Part shown: in pieces, positions 48,461 to 61,939 of the stretch
How the letters are laid out: the number at the start of each line of letters is the position of its first letter
How positions within the stretch are numbered: position 1 is the first letter of the stretch
DNA from: Macrostomum lignano
Taxonomy: Eukaryota
Direction: 5' to 3'
DNA: 64,000 nt
Assembly: GCA_002269645.1 (NCBI GenBank)
Contig: NIVC01000337.1
Location: 743,207-807,206, forward strand
Translations under genes and position numbers: made by a program
Notes under the pieces: generated by a model
What the model was told of the DNA's origin: nothing
Database searches by the model: none
The model's input: the letters and a program-made list of their open reading frames with translations, nothing else

Positions 48461-49459
48461 CTTAGACTGAGTTTCGTCCGTCCTGCGTTGACTTGTGTAC
48501 ACCGAGTTAAATGCTTGTTGTTTATTCTTAACCCCGGAAGCTCCAGACGCCACAACCCCCCCCCCCAGGAAGGAATGGAAATTTTAGCTGTCACATTACA
48601 TTTAAGTGACAATGCGCGGAAAAACTACTGTAAAAAGAGTAGTCGCTCTGCTTTTTCACAACTTTATTTGCGAGTGACATTTATAGTTATTCTAGTATTT
48701 GTGATTCTAGTAGGCTAACTAACTTGTTTTTGAATGTTGGGGCAAATATATTAATATTAATGCGCCCTCTTAAGCAAGTGGCATTTTTTATATTATATGT
48801 TGGCTGTGTTGCTTTTCATTATTTTTGCCCTTTAAGCCGCAGAAGTGTAGAATTAAGTAACCCTAGGTACTAATCAAAGTCGTCGCGCGGTATTTACCCG
48901 CGAGTCTCACTCACCTTAACAGTCTTGTCAGACAGTGTTTTCTTTAATCCCTTTTTGCCCCTGTTTCTCTCTCTCTCTGTCTGCCTGTTTTGATTATTAA
49001 AAACAGATTAATTCTGTCTGACCTTGCTATTTAGAGAATAGAAGAAGAGAACTGCTCTCACCTTCAGCTGGATTTATTCTTTAAAAAATTGTTTTTCAAT
49101 TTTTAGTTTGTTATTCTGCAATCAGTTTGATAATAAAGGTAGAGCGGGGCGGAGCACGGACAGCAGTTGTCTTCGAATAGGAATGAGACAAGTTCTGTTG
49201 CGCCTGTGCCTTCTCAGATTTCAGCCGGAGCAGCTGCTTGGAGATGTAAACACTGACAGGGAGCTCATTTTAGCCGCGCCCACGGATTTCTGAACCGGGA
49301 AAATGTGGGCGGAATGTAGCAGTTATTCATTCGTGACTGCGAGTGAATTAATGCGATTTGCTCTGTCTGTAGATTTCCCTTTCGGTGCTCACAAACGGGG
49401 GGCGTTTATATGTTCAAAATGTCACATCACCGAAGAGTCACTAACGCAAAGCTTCCCAA

Positions 49460-52357
49460 GTTCGAAATTACACAAGCCCAAAGCTTCACAATCCATAAAT
49501 TACACAAACTCAAAGCTTCACAATCCATAAATTACACAAACTCAAAGCTTCACAATCTATAAATTACACAAACTCAAAGCTTCACAATCTATAAATTACA
49601 CAAACTCAAAGCTTCACAATCTATAAATTACACAAACTCAAAGCTTCACAATTTATAAATTACACAAGCCCAAAGCTTCACAATCCATAAATTACACAAA
49701 CTCAAAGCTTCACAATCCATAAATTACACAAACTCAAAGCTTCACAATCCATAAATTACACAAGCCCAAAGCTTCACAATCCATAAATTACACAAGCCCA
49801 AAGCTTCACAATCCATAAATTACACAAACTCAAAGCTTCACAATCCATAAATTACACAAACTCAAAGCTTCACAATCTTACACAAACTCAAAGCTTCACA
49901 ATCTATAAATTACACAAACTCAAAGCTGCACAATCTATAAATTACACAAACTCAAAGCTTCACAATCTATAAATTACACAAACTCAAAGCTTCACAATCT
50001 ATAAATTACACAAACTCAAAGCTTCACAATCTATAAATTACACAAACTCAAAGCTTCACAATTTATAAATTACACAAGCCCAAAGCTTCACAATCCATAA
50101 ATTACACAAACTCAAAGCTTCACAATCCATAAATTACACAAACTCAAAGCTTCACAATCCATAAATTACACAAACTCAAAGCTTCACAATCCATAAATTA
50201 CACAAACTCAAAGCTTCACAATCTATAAATAACACAAACTCAAAGCTTCACAATCTATAAATAACACAAGCCCAAAGCTTCACAATCCATAAATTACACA
50301 AACTCAAAGCTTCACAATCCATAAATTACACAAACTCAAAGCTTCACAATCCATAAATTACACAAGCCCAAAGCTTCACAATCCATAAATTACACAAGCC
50401 CAAAGCTTCACAATCCATAAATTACACAAACTCAAAGCTTCACAATCCATAAATTACACAAACTCAAAGCTTCACAATCCATAAATTACACAAACTCAAA
50501 GCTTCACAATCCATAAATTACACAAACTCAAAGCTTCACAATCTATAAATTACACAAACTCAAAGCTTCGCAATCCACAAATTACACAAACTCAAAGCTT
50601 CACAATCTATAAATTACACAAACTCAAAGCTTCACAATCTATAAATTACACAAACTCAAAGCTTCACAATCTATAAATTACACAAACTCAAAGCTTCACA
50701 ATCTATAAATAACACAAACTCAAAGCTTCACAATCTATAAATAACACAAACTCAAAGCTTCACAATTTATAAATTACACAAACTCAAAGCTTCACAATCT
50801 ATAAATTACACAAACTCAAAGCTTCACAATCTATAAATTACACAAACTCAAAGCTTCACAATTTATAAATTACACAAACTCAAAGCTTCACAATCCATAA
50901 ATTACACAAACTCAAAACTTCACAATCTATAAATTACACAAACTCAAAGCTTCACAATCTATAAATTACACAAACTCAAAGCTTCACAATCCATAAATTA
51001 CACAAGCCCAAAGCTTCACAATCCATAAATTACACAAGCCCAAAGCTTCACAATCTACAAATTACACAAACTCAAAGCTTCACAATTTATAAATTACACA
51101 AACTCAAAGCTTCACAATCTATAAATTACACAAACTCAAAGCTTCACAATCTATAAATTACACAAACTCAAAGCTTCACAATTTATAAATTACACAAACT
51201 CAAAGCTTCACAATCCATAAATTACACAAACTCAAAGCTTCACAATTTATAAATTACACAAGCCCAAAGCTTCACAATCTACAAATTACACAAACTCAAA
51301 ACTTCACAATCTATAAATTACACAAACTCAAAGCTTCACAATCTACAAATTACACAAACTCAAAACTTCACAATCTATAAATTACACAAACTCAAAGCTT
51401 CCCAATCTATAAATTACACAAACTCAAAGCTTCACAATTTATAAATTACACAAACTCAAAGCTTCACAATCTATAAATTACACAAGCCCAAAGCTTCACA
51501 ATCTATAAATTACACAAACTCAAAGCTTCACAATCTATAAATTACACAAACTCAAATCTTCACAATCCATAAATTACACAAACTCAAAGCTTCACAATCT
51601 ATAAATTACACAAACTGAAAGCTTCACAATCTATAAATTACACAAACTCAAAGCTTCACAATCTATAAATTACACAAACTCAAAACTTCACAATCCATAA
51701 ATTACACAAACTCAAAGCTTCACAATCTATAAATTACACAAACTCAAAGCTTCACAATTTATAAATTACACAAACTCAAAGCTTCACAATCCATAAATTA
51801 CACAAACTCAAAGCTTCACAATCTATAAATTACACAAACTCAAAGCTTCACAATCTATAAATTACACAAACTCAAAGCTTCCCAATCTATAAATTACACA
51901 AACTCAAAGCTTCACAATTTATAAATTACACAAACTCAAAGCTTCACAATCTATAAATTACACAAGCCCAAAGCTTCACAATCTATAAATTACACAAACT
52001 CAAAGCTTCACAATCTATAAATTACACAAACTCAAATCTTCACAATCCATAAATTACACAAACTCAAAGCTTCACAATCTATAAATTACACAAACTTAAA
52101 GCTTCACAATCTATAAATTACACAAACTCAAAGCTTCACAATCTGTAAATTACACAAACTCAAAACTTCACAATCCATAAATTACACAAACTCAAAGCTT
52201 CACAATCTATAAATTACACAAACTCAAAGCTTCACAATTTATAAATTACACAAACTCAAAGCTTCACAATCTATAAATTACACAAACTCAAAGCTTCACA
52301 ATCTATAAATTACACAAACTCAAAGCTTCACAATCTATAAATTACACAAACTCAAAT
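49460..52357. repeat. Minisatellite, 32-bp unit CAAAGCTTCACAATCTATAAATTACACAAACT, about 2.9 kb
   Basis: About 90 copies. Confidence 0.98.
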
Positions 52358-52874
52358 CTGTTGTTGGGCAGGCTTTCAGTGCAGCATTGCGCGTGACTGC
52401 ATGCCTAATCCCTGGCCAAGACTGTGTTTTCCTAGGCTGCTAGAAGATGGAATTGTTGATGCAATCGGATCCCGGCTTTGTCAGCCGAGATTTTTCAACA
52501 GCAACCTTATTTTTTCTTTGACTTTGATCTCCTAGCAGTTCTGCTTTTAGTGTAAAAAAACACATCGTTCTATCATTTCTGCTTTGTAAACAGTTTGTAA
52601 ACTGATTAGCGATATTTTTCATCAATCTTTGTCAAGGTTCGTCTGATCTTCCTAACCCTCTCCCCCCGTCACCTTTCTCTCGAAGACAACTTTCGAGCAG
52701 TACCTGTTTTGTTATTCCCGCAACTAATTATCTTACAGTTTGAACTTTTAAATATCTTCTAAAGCGTTTTTCTCTTTGTTTTGTTCTCTTATTCTGAATT
52801 TAGGCTAAGGGGCACACAGTTTTTTACCTACGGGCTTAAAATTTTTACACGCTCTTCTACAATTTCACATGCTA

Positions 52875-53098
52875 TCCTACAATGTACAGCAGTCTACAAT
52901 GTACACCCAGTAGCCTAAAATGTACACCCACTAGCCTACAGTGTACACCCAGTAGCCTACAATGTACACCCACTAGCCTACAATGTACACCCACTAGCCT
53001 ACAATGTACACCCACTAGCCTACAATGTACACCAACTAGCCTACAATGTACACCCACTAGCCTACAATGTACACCCACTAGCCTACAATGTGCACCAA
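52875..53098. repeat. Minisatellite, 21-bp unit CTACAATGTACACCCACTAGC
   Basis: About 10 copies ending about 20 nt before the MND1 acceptor. Confidence 0.95.
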
Positions 53099-53103
53099 AT
53101 GGC

Positions 53104-53117
53104 ACTTGCCTTTTTAG
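53104..53117 (+). promoter_or_regulatory. Polypyrimidine tract and AG acceptor 5 nt upstream of the MND1 ATG
   Basis: CTTGCCTTTTTAG|CCACC ATG. Confidence 0.6.
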
Positions 53118-53122
53118 CCACC

Positions 53123-53794
53123 ATGTCCAAGAAGGGTCTCAGCTTCGAGGAGAAGCGCAATCGGATGCTGAGCTTCTTCCACGAGAAACAGGACTTCTTC
53201 CAGCTCAAGGAGGTTGAGCGGCTCTGCCACAAGGAGAAGGGCATCACCACCATGTCGGCCAAGGAGGTGCTGCAGAGCCTCGTCGACGACGGCCTGGTTG
53301 ACACGGACAAGATCGGCACCTGCGTCTATTTCTGGGCCTTTCCCAGCAAGCTTGGCGAGCGGCTCCGGGCCCGCCTCCGGGCCGCCGAGGCCGCCCTGTC
53401 CGAGACCCGCGAGCAGCGCCGCCGCCTGGAGGCCGAGCTGGCCGAGGCCAAAGCCGCCGCCGCTGCCGCGGATGCAGCCGAGGGTGACAACGACGGTGAA
53501 GCCGAGCGGACTCGGCTGGCCGCCGCCCTGGCCGAGGCCGAGTCGGCGAATTCTGCGGCCGACGAGCGGCTCAAACGGTTGCGCGACTGCGACCCGGCCG
53601 CGCTGGACGGCCTGCTGGACGAGACGCGGGCCGCGTACGCCGGCGCCAACCGGTGGACGGACAACGCGTTCGCCCTGTCCGGCTGGCTGCGCGCCAAATT
53701 CCCGGCCACGGACAGCGCCGCGGTGGCCAAGCAGTTTGGCATCGCCGAGGACTTGGACTACGTGGCCAGGCCCGACCTGGCCCCCTTCGACTGA
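53123..53794 (+). CDS. MND1: Meiotic nuclear division protein 1, intronless, 223 aa
   Basis: MSKKGLSFEEKRNRML..FFQLKEVE..KEKGIT.MSAKEVLQSLVDDGLV..DKIGT..YFWAFPSK winged helix, then coiled coil, DCDP, ANRWTDN, FGIAEDLDY. Confidence 0.95.
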   Translation: MSKKGLSFEEKRNRMLSFFHEKQDFFQLKEVERLCHKEKGITTMSAKEVLQSLVDDGLVDTDKIGTCVYFWAFPSKLGERLRARLRAAEAALSETREQRRRLEAELAEAKAAAAAADAAEGDNDGEAERTRLAAALAEAESANSAADERLKRLRDCDPAALDGLLDETRAAYAGANRWTDNAFALSGWLRAKFPATDSAAVAKQFGIAEDLDYVARPDLAPFD

Positions 53795-54029
53795 GGCCGG
53801 GGAGGAGGGGGTGGGCGCTCCAGATCCCCTCACCTGCGGCTTTGAGCACGGCGTGTGGCGGTGACTTTTTGGTGGATTTTTCAGCAGCTCCCTGCTGTCT
53901 CTGGGACTGCATCTCTGCGCCTCCCAGCCTCTCATATGTTTAGCGTCTTCTATTCTCAATCTCTCCTGCTCTTAGCCTCATTCCTACTAGTATTCTCAAT
54001 CTCCTCCCTCTCCTTCTCAATCCCCCTCT

Positions 54030-54970
54030 TCCTAAATCCCTCCATGTCTGCAATTCCCTCTCTCAATCCCTCCATGTCTGCAATTGCCTCTCTCAATCCC
54101 TCCATGTCTGCAATTGCCTCTCTCAATCCTTCCAGTCTGCAATTGCCTCTCTCAATCCCTCCATGTCTGCAATTGCCTCTCTCAATCCCTCCATATCTGC
54201 AATTCCCTCTCTCAATCCCTCCATGTCTGCAATTGCCTCTCTCAATCCCTCCATGTCTGCAATTGCCTCTCTCAATCCTTCCATGTCTGCAATTCCCTCT
54301 CTCAATCCCTCCATGTCTGCAATTCCCTCTCTCAATCCTTCCATGTCTGCAATTCCCTCTCTCAATCCCTCCATGTCTGCAATTGCCTCTCTCGATCCCT
54401 CCATGTCTGCAATTCCCTCTCTCAATCCTTCCATGTCTGCAATTCCCTCTCTCAATCCCTCCATGTCTGCAATTGCCTCTCTCGATCCCTCCATGTCTGC
54501 AATTCCCTCTCTCAATCCCTCCATGTCTGCAATTCCCTCTCTCAATCCCTCCATGTCTGCAATTGCCTCTCTCGATCCCTCCATGTCTGCTGTTCCCTCT
54601 CTCAATCTCTCCATGTCTGCAATTCCCTCTCTCAATCCCTCCATGTCTGCAATTCCCTCTCTCAATCCCTCCATGTCTGCAATTCCCTCTCTCAATCCCT
54701 CCATGTCTGCAATTGCCTCTCTCAATCCCTCCATGTCTGCAATTCCCTCTCTCGATCCCTCCATGTCTGCAATTGCCTCTCTCGATCCCTCCATGTCTGC
54801 AATTGCCTCTCTCAATCCCTCCATGTCTGCAATTGCCTCTCTCAATCCCTCCATGTCTGCAATTGCCTCTCTCAATCCCTCCATGTCTGCAATTGCCTCT
54901 CTCAATCCCTCCATATCTGCAATTCCCTCTCTCAATCCCTCCATGTCTGCAATTCCCTCTCTCAACCTCT
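54030..54970. repeat. Minisatellite, 30-bp unit CTCTCAATCCCTCCATGTCTGCAATT(C/G)CCT
   Basis: About 31 copies between MND1 and the FAPP2-like gene. Confidence 0.97.
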
Positions 54971-55304
54971 CCCTCCGCGAATCAGCGGCCTAACTCAGTG
55001 CAGTGCTTGTTATTAATCTAGCCAGCGCATTTATTTAGCAAATTCAAAGTGGCACCTGCTAATCCACCATTTCATTCGGTGCCATTTGTTGTTTGTTGAA
55101 ATCAGTTTTCAAATTTATATTTTTTGCTCGGTATTTTTACTGTCTGTTCACCCAGTTGTGAAACTCTTTAAACCCGGTTTTTCTGTTGCTTATTATTCAA
55201 ATAATACCATTTTTTCTTGCTTATGTTTAACTCAAACTCAAAAAAGTCATCTCTTTAAAAACAGCTTGACAGCTTTTGTCACAGGTTATTTTCATTAGAA
55301 GCAA

Positions 55305-55610
55305 TCATTCCCTTAGCAACGGACATTCCCTTAGCAACGGACATTCCCTTAGCAACAGCCGTTCCCTTAGAAACAGCCATTCCCTTAGCAACAGCCATTC
55401 CCTTAGCAACAGCCATTCCCTTAGCAACAACCATTCCTTAGCAACATTCGTTCCCTTAGCAACAGCCATTCCCTTAGCAACAACCATTCCCTTAGCAGCA
55501 TCCGTTCCTTAGCAACTGCCATTCCCTTAGCAACAGCCATTCCCTAGCAACATCCGTTCCCTTAGCAACAGACATTCCCTTAGTAACAGACATTCCCTTA
55601 GCAACAAAGC
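55305..55610. repeat. Minisatellite, 18-bp unit CCCTTAGCAACAGCCATT
   Basis: About 17 copies ending about 30 nt before the FAPP2-like ATG. Confidence 0.94.
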
Positions 55611-55641
55611 CAGCCAGCTTGAATTTGCCCTCAATGCGTTG

Positions 55642-57180
55642 ATGGCAGCCACCGGCTCAGAACGCGCAGCCAAGGAGGGCGGCCTGCACAAGTGGACCAA
55701 CTATTTGAGCGGCTGGCAGCCCCGCTGGTTCCGCCTATCCGAAGGCAGCCAACTGTCTTATTACCTCAGCAAGGAGGAGGTCAGCTCCGGCTGCCGCGGC
55801 TCGGTGAACATCTCCGTATGCGACGTGCTGCCCAGCCAGCACGACCCCCTGCGCTTCGATCTCAGCATCCCCGGCGAGCAGCTCTGGCACCTGCGGGCCA
55901 CCACACAAGCCGACAGGCAGAGCTGGATTGTCGCCATCGGCTCCTCCAAGGCCTGCGTCTCTAACGGGTCCGGCCGGCCCGATGGCGCAGCTCCCAGCGC
56001 TGCTGCTGCCGCCGCGGCCGCCTCCGTGCCCAGCATCAACGCCCGGACGATGGAGCTGATGGCGCAAAGAAATCGGAGCTGCGGCTCTACCACAGCCTGC
56101 TGCGCCAGCAGCTCCACGATCTCAAGTCCCAGCTGGGCGAGGGCCGAGTGCCCGATTTGGCCCAGCTCGATGACACCACGGCCTGCTCAACGCCACCGCT
56201 GACACCTTCGCCGTGGCGCTGGACGACTGCATGATCTGGCCAACACCATCGGGGAGCCGGCAATGCCGGCCGCCGCCACCTCGTCGCGGCCGCTCCCGCT
56301 GCAGCACCGGCCGCTGCAACGACCGCCGTCGAAGGACTCCTCGACGCTCGCTCGGTGCTAGCGGCGCCCACTTCGCCAATTTTCGTTGCCAACCCCGGCG
56401 AAGAGGGCGTCCTGATGCCGGTCGTCACCGACCTGTCAATCGACTCCAACGCCTCCACTTCGTCGACCGCTTCGGAGGCCGCCGTCGACCGGCCGCCGAT
56501 TCGCCGACGTCAGCCGGCCAGGAAACGCCGCATCAACACCTTCTTCAGCCTGCTGCCGGCCTCCTTCGAGGACATCCGCCTCGGCCCTGGCGGCGACGTT
56601 CCCGTCGTGCCCTTCCTGGAAGCCTGCGGTGGCCTCGTCAACCTGATTGACATCTTCGAGTCTACCGCCTTTCTGCCTGTCCGAAACGACGTCCTTGGCA
56701 ACATCGGCAAGCTGCGCGCCAAGCACGACTCGCTCAGCCCGCTGGCAGCTCACGCGCTGCAGTCGCTGATCGAGGCGGAGGTCCGGCTGGGTCACAGCGC
56801 CGATTTGAACTCGGCGTGCGTGGCTCTCCTCTGGCTGAACCGGTCCATCCTGTTCCTGCAGCTGTTCATTTCCAAGCTATGCGACACCATGGCGAGGACC
56901 TGACCCAGGCCGCCACTGAGGCCTACCATGGCTCGTTGAAGCCCTACCACGGCTGGGTTGTGCGCGGCGTTTTCTCGCTGGTTATTAAGGCGTTGCCAAG
57001 CAGATCGGAGCTGCTGTGTCGGCTCGGCCGGGCCAGAACCGAGCCGGCTGCGGAGGCGGCGCAGTACAGGCAGCCGTGGTTGCCGACGCCAGGTGCTACG
57101 CTGGCGCTATGGCCGTGGTGACTGAGCTCATCACCAAGATGCTGATTGCGAACGGCCTGGAGTCCCAGCAGCAGATTTGA
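55642..57180 (+). pseudogene. PLEKHA8-like: PH + GLTP domain protein (FAPP2/PLEKHA8-like), intronless, six -1 frameshifts (pseudogene or assembly error)
   Basis: PH domain EGGLHKWTNYLSGWQPRWF..YY..GCRGS..RFDLSIPGEQ..RQSWIVAIGSSKAC; linker KKSELRLY and LLNAT..TF..LDDC; GLTP domain TFFS..FLEAC..VRNDVLGNI..ALLWLNRS..AYHGSLKPYHGWVVRGVF..GLES. Needs frame changes near 56066, 56180, 56236, 56280, 56887 and 57068. Confidence 0.88.
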
Positions 57181-57289
57181 CGCGCTGACTGATAGGCGCC
57201 TGTGCTTTGCTCCTGCTCGGCCGGATGCGTGAGAAATTGCGTGAAACGGCGCGTTTCTGTGGAACTGCAAAACTATAGAATGGACCTGC

Positions 57290-57432
57290 ATTACTGTAGA
57301 AAGATCTGCATAACTGTAGAACAGATCTGTATTACTGTAGAACAGACCTGTATTACTGTAGAAAAGATCTTTATTACTGTAGAGAAGATCTGTATTACTG
57401 TAGAACGGATCTGTATTACTGTAGAACAGATC
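57290..57432. repeat. Short minisatellite, 21-bp unit TGTATTACTGTAGAACAGATC
   Basis: About 6-7 copies in the 3' flank. Confidence 0.9.
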
Positions 57433-58479
57433 TTAAATTACTTTTTAAATGGCACTGTAATGCTGTAGTACATGATCATGTGTGTTTCAAAGCACTGCGA
57501 AACTGTAGAACAGACCTGTACTACTGCACGAGTAGAATATGAGTCTGTAGAAGCGTAGAGCGTGTCTGTAATAATGTAGAACAGATATGTAAAACGGTAG
57601 AGCGGATTTGGATATATATATACATGTGTAGTATACGTTTCAGCCCGTAAGCGCAGGGTGTAAACTCGAGTCACCACCCTACCAGCTATCGGTCAGCTAG
57701 TGAAACATTAGTTTCAAGTTTTACTATCGATGTTTCTTTTTTGTTTTAATTTTTGTGTGACACTATCTTAACAATATTTTTGCGCACTGCATACCGGATG
57801 CCCCGTGTGTATGCAGTTCTCAGAATTCCCCAGGCCGAGGCAAGTACGCTTTATATTCCAAATCGTTTTCATCCATCCAGGATACTCCAGTGAACTCATC
57901 TCTCAACGCGGTGTTGCTGGCGCCCTCCAGACCGATCTACATTATTTTCTTTGCTAATCTGATAGCAACTTTGCTTTTTTGTTTGTCTGCCCTTGATTTT
58001 GTATTTTTTAGAAAAACCGATTATTATAGGTCAACACGTGGATTTGTGTTGCTTTGCTGCCTAGTGCGATATTCAAGCCATGGGATAAATCTGTTCATGC
58101 CATTTTCTGTGATAACCCCCCCCGCCGTGTGTTTGCCTCACCTGTGCAACCCCCAATGCAGTTCCACCTGCTTGCTTGTACCGCCAGTGCCCTGACCTGT
58201 CCGTGTATGTTTCTATAGACATGTGCATTAAATCTTATGAATATACATATTGATAAATATACACACACAAACATTAATGAGGCGATGGCTTCTCTGCCCT
58301 TCGTTTGGTTTATTGGACACTCAACGCAATAAAATCGATTGACGCTTTTGTGTTCAATGACTGTTCAATGTGATTAGCAGAGCGGTGTGTGAATTCGATG
58401 AACAGTTATTGCAATTCAATGAAATAAAGATCGGGTGAACATCTGTCACCTATTCATCAGCTTATCCAACTCCTCTTAT

Positions 58480-59720
58480 GTCTCAGGACCATAGTGACTC
58501 AATCATTTGTTTGTCAGGACCATAGGGACTCAATCATTCGTTTGTCAGGACCATAGTGACACAATCATTCGTTTGTCAGGACCATAGTGACTCAATCATG
58601 TGTGTGTCAGTTACCATAGGGACTCAATCATTCACGTGTCAGTTACCATAGGGACTCAATCATTCACGTGTCAGGACCATAGGGACACAAGTGTGTCAGG
58701 ACCATAGGGACACAATCATTCGCGGTCAGGACCATAGGGACACAAACATTCGTGGGTCAGGACCATAGGGACACAAACATTCGTGGTCAGGACCATAGGG
58801 ACACAAACATTCGTGGGTCAGGACCATAGGGACACAATCATTCGTGTGTGTCAGGACCATAGGGACACAAACATTCGTGGGTCAGGACCATAGGGACACA
58901 AACATTCGTGGGTCAGGACCATAGGGACACAATCATTCGTGGGTCAGGACCATAGGGACACAATCATTCGTGTGTGTCAGGACCATAGGGACACAAACAT
59001 TCGTGGGTCAGGACCATAGGGACACAAACATTCGTGGGTCAGGACCATAGGGACACAATCATTCGTGTGTGTCAGGACCATAGGGACACAAACATTCGTG
59101 GGTCAGGACCATAGGGACACAAACATTCGTGGGTCAGGACCATAGGGACACAATCATTCGTGGGTCAGGACCATAGGGACACAAACATTCGTGTGTCAGG
59201 ACCATAGGGACACAAACATTCGTGGGTCAGGACCATAGGGACACAAACATTCGTGGGTCAGGACCATAGGGACACAAACATTCGTGTGTCAGGACCATAG
59301 GGACACAAACATTCGTGTGTCAGGACCATAGGGACACAAACATTCGTGGGTCAGGACCATAGGGACACAAACATTCGCGGGTCAGGACCATAGGGACACA
59401 AACATTCGTGGGTCAGGACCATAGGGACACAAACATTCGTGGGTCAGGACCATAGGGACACAATCATTCGTGGGTCAGGACCATAGGGACACAAACATTC
59501 GTGGGTCAGGACCATAGGGACACAAACATTCGTTGGTCAGGACCATAGGGACACAAACATTCGTGGGTCAGGACCATAGGGACACAAACATTCGTGGGTC
59601 AGGACCATAGGGACACAAACATTCGCGGGTCAGGACCATAGGGACACAAACATTCGCGGGTCAGGACCATAGGGACACAAACATTCGTGGGTCAGGACCA
59701 TAGGGACACAAACATTCGTG
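58480..59720. repeat. Minisatellite, 31-bp unit CAGGACCATAGGGACACAAACATTCGTGGGT
   Basis: About 39 copies, with 33-bp variants. Confidence 0.97.
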
Positions 59721-60299
59721 GGTCAGGACCATAGGGACAACTCCAGAATTTAAAATTAAATTTCCAAAAGTCCGCATTCATAGATTGAACATTGATTTTA
59801 TCAAGTTATTGATTCTGGAGTAGAGGTCAGCATTGTTTATTTAAACGTCTGGTTTGTGGTTTTTTGCTTGTTCGAAGCAGAAAAAAAGCGTGTTTTTGCG
59901 ACGTGATAAAACAGTTAAAAAGCGTTTATTACAAGCATTTAAAAAAACGTTTAGAAAAAAAACTTTTCTGTGGTTGCATAGTACAATTTTTTAACTCTGT
60001 TGTATTGTAAGTTGAAGAAGGATTCGCAGAACTGTATGAGCAGCGGGAAAGTGAGAATAGAGTTGCAAAAGATTCCGCAGGGACAGAAGTGCTACAGCAT
60101 ATTAAATTATAATTCGCAAGAGCTTATAGCTATACAGTTAAAGACAGCTAAAGCACGTTCGGGTGCAGATCGTAGGAACTTTCGCTTGCTAAAAGTTTTC
60201 CGGTTTTCCGTTAATGAACATAAATTATCTCTCTGTCAGAGGTGGGATATTGCAATGAAGCATTGCAATGAAGGTTCAGTCAGATTGAGTCACTAAACT

Positions 60300-61708
60300 T
60301 GTGCCAGTCATGGACATGCTAATGCCAGTGATGGACACGCTAATGCCAGTCATGGACACGCTAATGCCAGTCATGGACACGCTAATGCCAGTCATGGACA
60401 CGCTTATGCCAGTCATGGACACGCTAATGCCGGTCATGGACACGCTTATGCCAGTCATGGACACGCTAATGCCAGTCATGGACAGCGCGCTAATGCCAGT
60501 CATAGACACGCTAATGCCAGTCATGGTCACGCTTATGCCAGTCATGGACACGCTTATGCCAGTCATGGACAGCGCGCTAATGCCAGTCATAGAGAGCGCG
60601 CTAATGCCAGTCATGGACACGCTAATGCCAGTGATGGACACACTTATGCCAGTGATGGACACGCTTATGCCAGTGATGGACACGCTTATGCCAGTGATGG
60701 ACACGCTTATGCCAGTGATGGACACGCTTATGCCAGTCATGGACACACTAATGCCAGTGATGGACACGCTTATGCCAGTGATGGACACGCTTATGCCAGT
60801 CATGGACACGCTAATGCCAGTGATGGACATTCTCATACCAGTCATGGACACGCTAATGCCAGTGATGGACATTCTCATACCAGTCATGGACACGCTAATG
60901 CCAGTGATGGACATTCTCATACCAGTCATGGACACGCTAATGCCAGTGATGGACATTCTCATACCAGTCATGGACACGCTAATGCCAGTGATGGACATTC
61001 TCATACCAGTCATGGACACGCTAATGCCAGTGATGGACACGCTAATGCCAGTCATGGACACGCTTATGCCAATCATGGACACGCTAATGCCAGTCATGGA
61101 CAGCTTATGCCAGTCATGGACAGCGCGCTTATGCCAGTCATGGACAGCGCGCTTATGCCAGTCATGGACAGCGCGCTTATGCCAGTCATGGACAGCGCGC
61201 TTATGCCAGTCATGGACAGCTTATGCCAGTCATGGACAGCGCGCTTATGCCAGTCATGGACAGCGCGCTTATGCCAGTCATGGACAGCGCGCTTATGCCA
61301 GTCATGGACAGCGCGCTTATGCCAGTCATGGACAGCGCGCTTATGCCAGTCATGGACAGCGCGCTTATGCCAGTCATGGACAGCGCGCTTATGCCAGTCA
61401 TGGACAGCGCGCTTATGCCAGTCATGGACAGCGCGCTTATGCCAGTCATGGACAGCGCGCTTATGCCAGTCATGGACAGCGCGCTTATGCCAGTCATGGA
61501 CAGCGCGCTTATGCCAGTCATGGACAGCGCGCTAATGCCAGTCATAGAGAGCGCGCTTATGCCAGTCATGGACAGCGCGCTTATACCAGTCCTGGACAGC
61601 GCGCTTATGCCAGTCATGGACAGCGCGCTTATGCCAGTCCTGGACAGCGCGCTTATACCAGTCATGGACAGCGCGCTTATGCCAGTCATGGACAGCGCGC
61701 TTATGCCA
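60300..61708. repeat. Compound minisatellite: 21-bp ATGCCAGTCATGGACACGCT(A/T) changing to 24-bp ATGCCAGTCATGGACAGCGCGCTT
   Basis: About 63 copies; source of the MPVMDTL pseudo-ORFs. Confidence 0.97.
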
Positions 61709-61939
61709 ACTATTTTCCTCTTTCGGTGGAACAAAATGGTTCCTCTTGCCGCTTTTCGCACGCCCTCCCGTCCTCATTACGTCAGTTTCGTCCATGATTA
61801 CGAACAAGGACCGCTAGAAATCGAATTCCGTACTAATTAATAATATGAATTTTATACCACAATCACAACTAACTTTGACACACGACAAGGGTACAGTGCA
61901 GTCAGCTTACAATGTGACATCGCCGGACGTGGATCATCA

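Noticed and set aside
33892-48902. Short extra matches to the same 28S region (AGTTACTCCCGC at 33892, TTTACCCGCG at 48893)
   Set aside because: 10-12 nt with no extension; compatible with chance.
53114-53959. 281-aa minus-strand ORF and other ORFs overlapping MND1, catenin, INTS11 and FAPP2 exons
   Set aside because: Antisense or alternative-frame shadows expected from GC-rich codon usage; no recognisable motifs.
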